From Flavobacteriales bacterium (GTDB lineage: Bacteria > Bacteroidota > Bacteroidia > Flavobacteriales_F > PHOS-HE28), in NCBI GenBank assembly GCA_016704485.1, contig JADJAA010000001.1, forward strand, positions 1,554,824-1,618,823: 64,000 nucleotides of DNA, written 5' to 3'. A program made the position numbers and the translations under genes. Under the pieces are notes generated by a model. That model saw only the letters and a program-made list of their open reading frames with translations, was not told the DNA's origin and searched no databases. Shown piece after piece: positions 9,004-17,620 of the stretch (the stretch's first letter is position 1; every line of letters begins with the position of its first letter).

Positions 9004-10223
9004 TGGACCTAAGACCGGACGACCAAGCCACCTTGCTGCTTACCGCGCACCTGCCCGGAGGCAACGCCGTGCAGCCGCTCTCCACCGGCGAATGGTCACG
9101 GTTCAGTGCGTGGTTGCTTGCACATGAGCACACACCGGGCGACCTGTTCATTGGCGATCCGAAGCACACGCTGGCCACCTTTCAGGACAAGACCATCACC
9201 CTGGAGCGTATCGCACCGTTGCTGGATCGCGGTTTCCAAGTTGCCTTGTTGCTGGAGAAGTGGCAACGTGCAGGGCTCTGGGTGATCACGCGCTCCTCGC
9301 CGGATTATCCGCAACGGCTCACCACCATGCTCGGCGACCAAGCGCCGCCCTTGTTCCATGGTGCAGGCGACCGCCGCAAGCTGGAGACCAAGGCACTTGC
9401 TGTGATCGGATCGCGCAACGCCGCCGAGGCCGATCTGCACTTCGCCCGCCAACTGGGCCACGCCGCCGCACAACAGGGCTGGTCCATCGTAAGCGGTGGT
9501 GCGCGCGGTGTGGACGAAGCCTCCATGCGCGGTGCCATCGAAGCCAGTGGTACCGTGATCGGGGTGGTGGCCGATAGCCTGCTGAAGATGGCCACCAGTC
9601 ACAAGTACCGCGATGCCATCCAACGCAGTGACATCGTCCTGCTCTGTGCCTCGCACCCCGAAGTGGGTTTCTCCGGGGCCAATGCCATGGCGCGCAACAA
9701 GTATGTGTACTGCCTAAGCCGTGCGGCCGTGGTGGTGTGCTCCGATGCCAACAAGGGAGGTACCTGGGCCGGCGCCACTGAGGACCTGAAGAAGAAGTGG
9801 GTGCCCGTGTGGGTGAAGCACCATCCCGATCCACGCAGCGGCAACCGCGCACTGGTGGATCGTGGCGCACAGCCTTTGCCCGATTCCGATCCGCATGCCT
9901 TGGACATGGAGGACCTCGCCAAGGGTAAACTCTCCAGCGCTCAACTCTTCGAACTGCCCATTGCCTCCGACGTTGCCGCCGTATACCAAGCCTCCGGAAC
10001 CACGGCCCCGAAAGAGCTCACCGAAGCGGATGAGATGGAAGCCATCCTCAAGGCACTTGCCACTCCCATGACCGTGAAGGCCCTTGCCAAACATATCGCC
10101 ATGGACGAGGCCCGCATCAGCCACCTGCTGGACCAATTGGTACACCTGCACAAAGTGGAACCACCAACTGGCCGATCACGCAGCTACGCCCTAGCGGGTC
10201 CGGATCTTTTTAGTGGGGAGTGA
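9003..10223 (+). CDS. DprA/Smf-family (SLOG Rossmann) DNA-processing protein paralog, translationally coupled to the upstream helicase-PRTase
   Basis: ATG at 9003 overlaps the upstream TGA (TGATG). The DprA core is present: LAVIGSRNAAEADLHFARQLGHAAAQQGWSIVSGGARGVDEASMRGAIEASGTVIGVVADSL...ARNKYVYCLSRAAVVVCSDANKGGTWAGA. The C-terminal region is winged-helix-like (MTVKALAKHIAMDEARISHLLDQL). Confidence 0.8.
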   Translation: MDLRPDDQATLLLTAHLPGGNAVQPLSTGEWSRFSAWLLAHEHTPGDLFIGDPKHTLATFQDKTITLERIAPLLDRGFQVALLLEKWQRAGLWVITRSSPDYPQRLTTMLGDQAPPLFHGAGDRRKLETKALAVIGSRNAAEADLHFARQLGHAAAQQGWSIVSGGARGVDEASMRGAIEASGTVIGVVADSLLKMATSHKYRDAIQRSDIVLLCASHPEVGFSGANAMARNKYVYCLSRAAVVVCSDANKGGTWAGATEDLKKKWVPVWVKHHPDPRSGNRALVDRGAQPLPDSDPHALDMEDLAKGKLSSAQLFELPIASDVAAVYQASGTTAPKELTEADEMEAILKALATPMTVKALAKHIAMDEARISHLLDQLVHLHKVEPPTGRSRSYALAGPDLFSGE

Positions 10224-10435
10224 GTCGTGTCGCTCAGTACAGCTGGATCATGCTCTTCCCGGTTGAATTGGTAGTACGGTGTTTCTGGCATCGTGGCGTT
10301 CGTTCAAGTATGAACTTGCCGTATCTCGAATGATCGTTCCGGCCACGCGGCCTTTGATAGTGTTCTTTGAGAAAGTTAGCTAAGAGCTCTACTGCGTCGT
10401 TTTTCTATTGGTAGTGTTCAGCTCTCACCCCGCCA

Positions 10436-10633
10436 TCAATAGTCATTATGTTCCAAGATCACCTCCGGCGATAGATCCCATACCATGCTCCCCACGTGGT
10501 AACTGAACCATGCGTTAAAGACTTTCCAGCTCCGGTCCACAGGCCAAGTATCCTCATCCGGGCAAGTGCCGAACAGTTCCATCTCGAAAATGAACGGAGC
10601 ATACGGCTTCACCACATCGGCAATGTCCTTCAC
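10436..10633 (-). CDS. Small hypothetical ORF immediately downstream of the 1610-aa helicase gene
   Basis: 65-aa ORF on the same strand, 30 nt after the giant gene's stop. No recognisable domain. Confidence 0.2.
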   Translation of the reverse strand: MKDIADVVKPYAPFIFEMELFGTCPDEDTWPVDRSWKVFNAWFSYHVGSMVWDLSPEVILEHNDY

Positions 10634-10663
10634 GGTATTTGATGTTGACCAGCCTTTACCCTG

Positions 10664-13600
10664 TCAACCCAACGTGAACTGCACGCGAGGCAATACCACT
10701 TCATAGCTCTTATCCTTCTCCTTATCGTACCAATGCACAATGTATTCTGCCGTAGCGCCTGAAACACGATATCCCTCATTTGCGAAACGGGGTAGTGTCG
10801 AGTCAATGAACTTGCGCGCGTAGAGCAGCACATTGCCGTTCCCGGTGCCAAGACCAAGTGCACTTCCGTTCGTGAATTGTTTCTCATCCGGCACCATATT
10901 GGAGCCCGCAGAAAGGGATGTGATCCGGTCGGAGTTATATGAACACGATCCCAGGTTCACCTCCTTCATACCAAGCACGTATTCAAGTTTATTGGGCCGA
11001 GGGTATACCACCTCATTCGTTTCTCTGATCAACGAGGCATGTTTGTAGGTGGGAAGGAACTGATCATTCGTGTGGATCACTAATTGGTCCATTGATCTTG
11101 TGCAGGCCACATAGAGTAGGCGGAGGTCTTTGTCCTCCTCCATCGGGTAGTTCTTCTGGTATACGAACACGTTATTGAACTCCTTGCCCTTGCTCTTGTG
11201 CATGGTAGATACATGCACCACTCCTTTCTGTGGTTTCACGGCGTCGCTGATCCTGATCTCACGCACGAAAGCATCCCATTCTGATAGGTCATGTCGCCCT
11301 TGGTTCCCTTTCTTGAAGAGCGCAAGTAGGTCTTTCATGTCCGCCCGCAATGGATTCCCCTTGAGCCCTTCTATATATTCCTTAACGGCATTGTCCCAGA
11401 CCTCCTTGGGAATAACACCAATTCCTGGATGGCGTTCACGAACGAATTGGCCGAACGCTCGGACCTCGCGCAAGCGACCTACGGGGAAGTCATCCGAGCC
11501 ACCGATGTAGCGCGCCTTGACGCCATGTTGCTCCAGCATGGCCGTTGCCATGATCGCCTCATTGTTCGTGCGGGTCAATACACTTGTCGTGCCGGTGAGC
11601 GTCGACCGTGCGACGTCCTTTACCAGTCCTGTCAAATGATAGCCGCCGGAATATCGGACCACACGTTGCACTCCCGGCCGATCGTCATTTGCTACAAGTT
11701 CCTCACCATCTTTTATCCGGACTTTGATCTTGGAGGCAATATGATTCGTCAATCGAACGATCGTCTCCTTGCTCCGGTAATTCACAAGTAGGCTATGCGA
11801 TCGCGCCTTGAAGCGGGTTCGGAATTCCGACATGAATCTTGGCGATGCACCGCGCCATTCATAGATGTTCTGGTCGTCATCACCCACTGCGATGATGCGT
11901 GGTTTCTCTGCGGTCTCAGCAAGCATCTGGATCAGTTGCCATTGCTCCTGATCAACATCTTGGAATTCATCCAATACGATCACGCTTTTGTTCGCAATGG
12001 AGGTGACATCCACTTCGCCGGCATGGATAGCCGCCATGGTGCGGCTGATCACAGTTTCCGACCGGTCCAGATCGCCGAGCTGACCCATCAGTTCAAAACA
12101 CAAGCCATGGAATGTCGTGATCCGGATAAGGCCTCGATACTCCGGAACCATGGCATGGACGCGGTCGCGGAACTCCATTGCCGCAGCCTTCGAGAACGTG
12201 AGCATAAGGAATTGCTCAGGCTTCACATCCTCAATGAGCAGAAGGCTCGCCACCTTATGGACAAGGACCCGGGTCTTACCGCTCCCCGGACCCGCAGCAA
12301 CAAGGATCTGGTCCGTACTATCATTGACCACTCCCAATTGCTTCGTATCCAGATCCCCGAAAAGCTCAGTGAATCTGCTTCGGGTGATAGGCCGTGTGAT
12401 ATCGGTGCTGCGCTTCGGAAAGTATTTCTGCACGAAGACATCGTGCTCGAAGCGGAAATAGTCATCTACGAAAGATAACGCGGCCTGAACGCTTTCCATA
12501 CGGCGTGCTGCATACTCTCCCACCATATGGATCTGTTCCACCCTGTTCTGGTAATGATGCCTCAGGTTACCGTAATCCTCTTGGGTGTATTGCTTCCGTA
12601 CGTTCTGCTCCACGCGCTCCACATTCATCCGTTGGTACATGACCATGAACCCGTCCTGCAGGCTCAGTACATTCATGCCGTGTAGGAACAGCAATGCATC
12701 GGCAATGGCTTTCAGGTCATGCTCTTTGCCGAACATCCCTTCGGCCATTGCCGCTCTCAGCCCCAACAAGGAGAATTTCACACGCAATTCCTGCTTGGCA
12801 TCGTCAGCGAGCTTCGACGTATCGGGTACTAGTTTCTCAAGTTGTTCGAAACAAGCCAAGGCAAGTGCTTGGCGCGCTTCCACCTCCTTCCGTAGTTCTT
12901 CCGGGTCCTTCAATAGTGTTATCCTGTAGCTATCTGCTTGCCGGTCCAGGCGCTTGATCCCTACCAGTCTTCGTTTCTTCCAGATCAGGAACAGTGGCTT
13001 CAGATCCTCTATCCTGCTGTCCACCCCCTGGTCAAGAATGCCTTGGTTCAGCGCGCGATAGGTCACGGTCATTTCCTGTTCGGCCAGGAGCCCTACCAAT
13101 GCCTTTTCGGTATTCAGGATGCGTTGCAACCGTGCTTTGGAACCCGCACGTGGTCGACCATCCACATAGGCGGTCAGGTCCTGCTCATCGTTCAAGACCG
13201 CGATGTTCCGCAACAGTTGTACGGTCTCGATCACATCACGCAACTTCATTCCGAGATGACCCGCGACCACATCGACTTGCGATACACCCACTCCATCCTC
13301 ATCCGGTTTCACTAGTCGCTGCAATACCCGTATGCAATTCTCCTTCTGTTTTTCTGTTAATCCGGTATTGTCCCGTACTATCCGTAAGGCATCCTCCAGT
13401 CCTTTGACCATTAGACCGGTAGCGAAAACCTGCGGGGAGTTCAGCGTGCGCTTTATGTAGCCTCGGTCCTCTAGGGCTGCAAGGGATGCGGCCACGCGGT
13501 TCTGGATATCACGCATCTCTTCATCCCATCCCGCGGCTTTGGCAAGCTCCGAAGCCGAACGACTGATCTTGTCCCGGATCTTGGTCATGCCTTTTACCGC

Positions 13601-15496
13601 ACGCCATACCTGCTGTATCTCCTTTTGATTGAGCTTGGTCCGTTGAAGCAAGTGGAAATGGCCGCCCAGGTCATTCTCATTGTATAGGATGTAGCACTTG
13701 GCATCAATGTCTTTGTTGCGGCCAGCGCGACCGGCTTCCTGTACGTAGCTCTCCAGCGAACTGGAGATGTTGTAGTGGATGACGGATCGCACATCCTCCT
13801 TGTCCACACCCATACCGAAAGCCGAGGTTGCCACCATGACATCCACCTCACCATCCATGAAGCTCTCCTGATTGAGCTGCTTCTCTTCGCGCTCCATCTT
13901 GCCATGAAATCCGCGGACCGATATCCCGATCGCCTTGATGCGATCTACAAGCTCATCAACGCGTTTGGTCCGGCTTGCATACACGATCGCGGGTTTCTCA
14001 CAGGTGTTCAGCAGGCCCAATAACACACGTTGACGGGCTTCGGCAGTGGTGTCCTCCACAGGAAGGACCTCGTACTCCAGGTTCTCCCGCCGCGCTTGGC
14101 TTATATAGGGAATAAGGTCCAGACCAAGGCCATTCTTGAAATAGTTCCGGATGTCTTCCACCACTTGCGGCTTGGCGGTGGCAGTAAAACAGGATACGGG
14201 TATGGGCTTCTCGCGCCCAAGGTCGATCTGAAGCTGTTTCAGATAGGGCGCGATGTACAAGTAGTCCACCCTGAAATCATGCCCCCAACTGGAAAAGCAA
14301 TGGGCCTCATCTATAACGAACCGCGAGATCTGTCTCTTCTGCAGCAGACGGGAAAGCGTGGGAGAACGAAGCGTTTCCGGAGCGATATACAACAGGTGGA
14401 TCCCGCCATCCTCTACTTGCTTCAGGACTTCTTGCCGCTCCAATGGGGAAAGTAGTCCGCTCAGATGGGCCGCACGCACTATCTGGTGCCGATGTTCCAG
14501 CACCTCCACCTGATCTTTCATCAGCGAAACCAACGGCGAGATGACCACGGTGAGCGAACGGGTAAGCGCACCTTCCATTAGAGCAGGCAGCTGGAACGTG
14601 AGCGACTTGCCTCCGCCAGTGGGGAAGACGGTCAGGACCGACTCTCCGGCCAACGCTGAACCGACGGCCTTTTCCTGCACTCCAGCCTGGCTTTCACCGT
14701 CGAACAATCGGAAGTGATCATACCCGAAATACTCCTTCAGTCCGCGCTTTGCATCCATCCAGGTCGCACAGTACTCGCAGCCCGCATCATTACACTGTGC
14801 GAACCGCAGGTTATGCAGTACCTGTTGGGTAAAAGGCAAGCTATGTACGACCCAAGGGGGTAGGATGGATGCTTCATCGGTCGTGTCGATCAGGGCCAGC
14901 GCATGCGCGAGCTCTACAGGTCTATCAGTAGTAAAGCGTTGCAGCGGAGCAGAAGCGCAAATGAGGCCTGAGTAACGCGAGGTGATCAAGTCGGCTACGT
15001 CTGTCTTGTCCTGCTCATGTGCCGCAAGCTCGATCATGCCATCGTACCCTTCCTGTCCGGAAAGCAAACCGGCATAGACCGAACGCATGACAACAGGCAA
15101 ACAATTGAATGTACCTAAAAGTTCTTCCAATAGTTCGCGACACAGTTTTGCGTCACTGAGCGGATCGTTGTCGCCGTCCTCGTTGCGGATCTTGTAGCCC
15201 TTCACCAACTTGTGATAGGGCTTATTGGCGTACAGCAATGCACTCCAACACAAAGTATCCAAGAGCACCTTACCCTTTAATACATTCTGCCCCATGTGCT
15301 TCCGAAGCACAGGCGCATCATGGCCAACAAGGTTGTGCCCGGCGACAATGGTTGCCCTGTCTATCAGCTTCTTAAGTCCATCCAGCTTACGCTTGTGGAA
15401 TTCGCTGCTCCCGAGCACAGCTCCTACGTCCAGGAGTTTTTTACTCCGCTGATCTAACTCGAGATCCAGAATGAGGACCTTGTCCAGTGCGTTCAT
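10664..15496 (-). CDS. 1610-aa multidomain protein with DnaQ-like 3'-5' exonuclease, RecQ-like SF2 helicase and UvrD-like SF1 helicase domains
   Basis: N-terminal exonuclease-like LILDLELD...AGHNLVGHD. RecQ core: FPTGGGKSLTFQLPAL, VIDEAHCFSSWGHDFRVDY, AFGMGVDKEDVRSVIHYNISSSLESYVQEAGRAGR. UvrD core: VAAGPGSGKTRVLVHKVA, ITTFHGLCFEL, VLDEFQDVDQEQWQLIQ, AVGDDDQNIYEWRGASP, VSTMHKSKGKEFNNVFV...LLYVACTRSMDQLVIH. Confidence 0.85.
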   Translation of the reverse strand: MNALDKVLILDLELDQRSKKLLDVGAVLGSSEFHKRKLDGLKKLIDRATIVAGHNLVGHDAPVLRKHMGQNVLKGKVLLDTLCWSALLYANKPYHKLVKGYKIRNEDGDNDPLSDAKLCRELLEELLGTFNCLPVVMRSVYAGLLSGQEGYDGMIELAAHEQDKTDVADLITSRYSGLICASAPLQRFTTDRPVELAHALALIDTTDEASILPPWVVHSLPFTQQVLHNLRFAQCNDAGCEYCATWMDAKRGLKEYFGYDHFRLFDGESQAGVQEKAVGSALAGESVLTVFPTGGGKSLTFQLPALMEGALTRSLTVVISPLVSLMKDQVEVLEHRHQIVRAAHLSGLLSPLERQEVLKQVEDGGIHLLYIAPETLRSPTLSRLLQKRQISRFVIDEAHCFSSWGHDFRVDYLYIAPYLKQLQIDLGREKPIPVSCFTATAKPQVVEDIRNYFKNGLGLDLIPYISQARRENLEYEVLPVEDTTAEARQRVLLGLLNTCEKPAIVYASRTKRVDELVDRIKAIGISVRGFHGKMEREEKQLNQESFMDGEVDVMVATSAFGMGVDKEDVRSVIHYNISSSLESYVQEAGRAGRNKDIDAKCYILYNENDLGGHFHLLQRTKLNQKEIQQVWRAVKGMTKIRDKISRSASELAKAAGWDEEMRDIQNRVAASLAALEDRGYIKRTLNSPQVFATGLMVKGLEDALRIVRDNTGLTEKQKENCIRVLQRLVKPDEDGVGVSQVDVVAGHLGMKLRDVIETVQLLRNIAVLNDEQDLTAYVDGRPRAGSKARLQRILNTEKALVGLLAEQEMTVTYRALNQGILDQGVDSRIEDLKPLFLIWKKRRLVGIKRLDRQADSYRITLLKDPEELRKEVEARQALALACFEQLEKLVPDTSKLADDAKQELRVKFSLLGLRAAMAEGMFGKEHDLKAIADALLFLHGMNVLSLQDGFMVMYQRMNVERVEQNVRKQYTQEDYGNLRHHYQNRVEQIHMVGEYAARRMESVQAALSFVDDYFRFEHDVFVQKYFPKRSTDITRPITRSRFTELFGDLDTKQLGVVNDSTDQILVAAGPGSGKTRVLVHKVASLLLIEDVKPEQFLMLTFSKAAAMEFRDRVHAMVPEYRGLIRITTFHGLCFELMGQLGDLDRSETVISRTMAAIHAGEVDVTSIANKSVIVLDEFQDVDQEQWQLIQMLAETAEKPRIIAVGDDDQNIYEWRGASPRFMSEFRTRFKARSHSLLVNYRSKETIVRLTNHIASKIKVRIKDGEELVANDDRPGVQRVVRYSGGYHLTGLVKDVARSTLTGTTSVLTRTNNEAIMATAMLEQHGVKARYIGGSDDFPVGRLREVRAFGQFVRERHPGIGVIPKEVWDNAVKEYIEGLKGNPLRADMKDLLALFKKGNQGRHDLSEWDAFVREIRISDAVKPQKGVVHVSTMHKSKGKEFNNVFVYQKNYPMEEDKDLRLLYVACTRSMDQLVIHTNDQFLPTYKHASLIRETNEVVYPRPNKLEYVLGMKEVNLGSCSYNSDRITSLSAGSNMVPDEKQFTNGSALGLGTGNGNVLLYARKFIDSTLPRFANEGYRVSGATAEYIVHWYDKEKDKSYEVVLPRVQFTLG

Positions 15497-15553
15497 TAGC
15501 TGGGCGCAATGGCGTGGTGGATGAAACGGGCTGCGGAAGAGCTATGCATGGAT

Positions 15554-15697
15554 CACAAATTCAACACTCCTTCAATAACCCGAAAACTCTCCAACCCACT
15601 TTCTAGATCTTCCACGACCTCGGTGGTGCATTCCGTGGTCTGCGCTTGAACCAGCGTAGAAAGAATTACAGTTAGGAAGAGTAGGAGAGTTCGCATG
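15554..15697 (-). CDS. Possible 47-aa secreted peptide between the GmrSD and giant helicase genes
   Basis: MRTLLLFLTVILSTLVQAQTTECTTEVVEDLESGLESFRVIEGVLNL, a signal-peptide-like N-terminus. It falls below the ORF-track length cutoff and could be spurious. Confidence 0.2.
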
Positions 15698-15719
15698 GGG
15701 TGGTGCTGGTTGTTGAAAT

Positions 15720-17534
15720 TTACAAGCCTTCGTAATAGCCCTTGATCTTTTGTGCCATCAGGTGTTTGCGTTCCTCCAAAAAGGTCTGGTAGCTTTTTAC
15801 ATCATAGTCGAAGATAGCTGTTGGGATGCAGTTCTCGCGCATGTTCTTGCGCAGGTCGGCCATGTTACGCAGACCACCGATGTCACCTTTGCCTTGCTCA
15901 AGCTTGTCCGCAACGGTCGTAAAGTATACCGCTGGCGTTTTGTCACCGATCTTGATGTTTCCGGGTTGGTCCATGTACACCAGATTGCTCACGCGATTGT
16001 ACAGACTGCGACCCAAGCCATTCTTCTTCAACAAGCTGCGGGGGAAGATGTGGTGTACATCTCCGCGTGTAAGCAACATGTCGTTCACGGTGAGGTGCCG
16101 ACTGAACAGACCATGGTCGTTCGCGTTGGCTTGGGCAGCTAGGAATACGCCGAAGAACGGACTGCTCATCACTGGGCTTTCCAAATGCCCTGGAAGTACA
16201 GAATTCCAGAACGCATCACTCAGGTCACCTGCTTCGATCTCGGCTAAGTAGTCGGAAGCATTGCGTTCGTTCAGCCGTTTGATGTCAAAGTCGAATTGGC
16301 TTTCGAAGCTGCCCGTTGCACGTTCGGTCAAGATGCTCATAACGTACCAACGGCGCACCAAGCTTTGTAATTCATTGCCTCGGTCCATTCCTTGACGACG
16401 CAAATGCAGGTACAAGAAATAGGCGAAGTTGATCGCGTTCTTACTGCGCATCAACTTGCTGCGCACGAAGCCTGCCGACCGAAGGATCAACGTGAAGAAC
16501 TTGAAGTCAGTCTCATTCATGAAGCGGGCCACACCAGCGTCCAACTGCTTGAAAGAATTTTCCATAATGGTCTCCTCGAACGTGCGGTTCACGAAATCGC
16601 GTCCACTAAGTAGGCTGACCAGGTCGCTCATTTTACCACGACCGAATTCCACACCGCTGGCAACACGCAACATATCCGTGTAGGCCGGGTCATAGAGATC
16701 TTCGGTTTCGCTGCGTAGCCACTTCATGTTCTTGAAGTGCTCCGTGGCTGCGAACTCGGGGTCGTTCTCCTTGATGTGCTCGTAGTACTGCGGCTCTTTG
16801 CTCAGGTGGCAGAAGTAATCGATGGCCTTGCGCAGAACCGGACCACCATGGTGCTCGTTGCTGGCGATCTTGCTCATGGCAAAGTCCGCTTGGCTCAATA
16901 CGACTCCTTTGCTGTTGATGCGGATGAAGATCTCCGTTACCGTCTCTATGTCCAGTTCGTGGTTCAGTTCGATCACGCCGATCTGCCGCTTGGCTAAATT
17001 GGCCAATTGCCCAAGGCTGCTCTCCACAAGCTCGGCATCTGCATCCGGGTTTGCTGCGGTGTATGCTTTGTTCAATTTGATCAAGCTGAAACCACTCCCA
17101 AAGAACACCGCGATATCCGGCAACCACGCCTTGTCCTTTTGGATGATGGGCGTTTGCACCTCGAACTTCTGGGTGATGGGATGGAACGCGATCTTGATCT
17201 TGATCCGCGCATAATCCTTGTCCACCACGTATTCATCCATTAAAGCAGCACGCAATGCTGTTATGCGTTGTTGCCCATCGATCAAGATCTTCTTGCCGCT
17301 GCCAATGCTGCCATCTTTCAAGCGCACATCCGGGTTCTTCCATGTAATAATGTAGCCCACTGGAAAACCTTGGTAGATGCTATCCATCAGATCGCGGACT
17401 TTGCTCTTATCCCAAACGAATGGGCGCTGGATCTCGGGTATCGCGATCTCTTTCTCTTTCACCCACGACAATAAACTTTCGATAAGCGGCTGTTGGATAC
17501 TGTATTTCTGTGTTTGCATGATCGTGTTGAACAA
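15720..17534 (-). CDS. GmrSD-family type IV (modification-dependent) restriction endonuclease, DUF262 + DUF1524 fusion
   Basis: N-terminal DUF262/ParB-like motif IPEIQRPFVWDKSKVRDLMDSIYQGFPVGYII...LIDGQQRITAL. C-terminal His-Me finger of DUF1524 (DVHHIFPRSLLKKNG). Confidence 0.8.
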   Translation of the reverse strand: MFNTIMQTQKYSIQQPLIESLLSWVKEKEIAIPEIQRPFVWDKSKVRDLMDSIYQGFPVGYIITWKNPDVRLKDGSIGSGKKILIDGQQRITALRAALMDEYVVDKDYARIKIKIAFHPITQKFEVQTPIIQKDKAWLPDIAVFFGSGFSLIKLNKAYTAANPDADAELVESSLGQLANLAKRQIGVIELNHELDIETVTEIFIRINSKGVVLSQADFAMSKIASNEHHGGPVLRKAIDYFCHLSKEPQYYEHIKENDPEFAATEHFKNMKWLRSETEDLYDPAYTDMLRVASGVEFGRGKMSDLVSLLSGRDFVNRTFEETIMENSFKQLDAGVARFMNETDFKFFTLILRSAGFVRSKLMRSKNAINFAYFLYLHLRRQGMDRGNELQSLVRRWYVMSILTERATGSFESQFDFDIKRLNERNASDYLAEIEAGDLSDAFWNSVLPGHLESPVMSSPFFGVFLAAQANANDHGLFSRHLTVNDMLLTRGDVHHIFPRSLLKKNGLGRSLYNRVSNLVYMDQPGNIKIGDKTPAVYFTTVADKLEQGKGDIGGLRNMADLRKNMRENCIPTAIFDYDVKSYQTFLEERKHLMAQKIKGYYEGL

Positions 17535-17620
17535 CCTATGTATTGTCCTTCGTGTGATTATTGTTCAGCGCTGTATCAGTTAGCTGCGTGGCGAAGATGC
17601 GCCTAAAGTATTTGTTCAGA

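Noticed and set aside
11795-13407. Plus-strand ORFs inside the 1610-aa helicase gene
   Set aside because: Antisense to a gene with unmistakable helicase motifs. Their translations are low-complexity.
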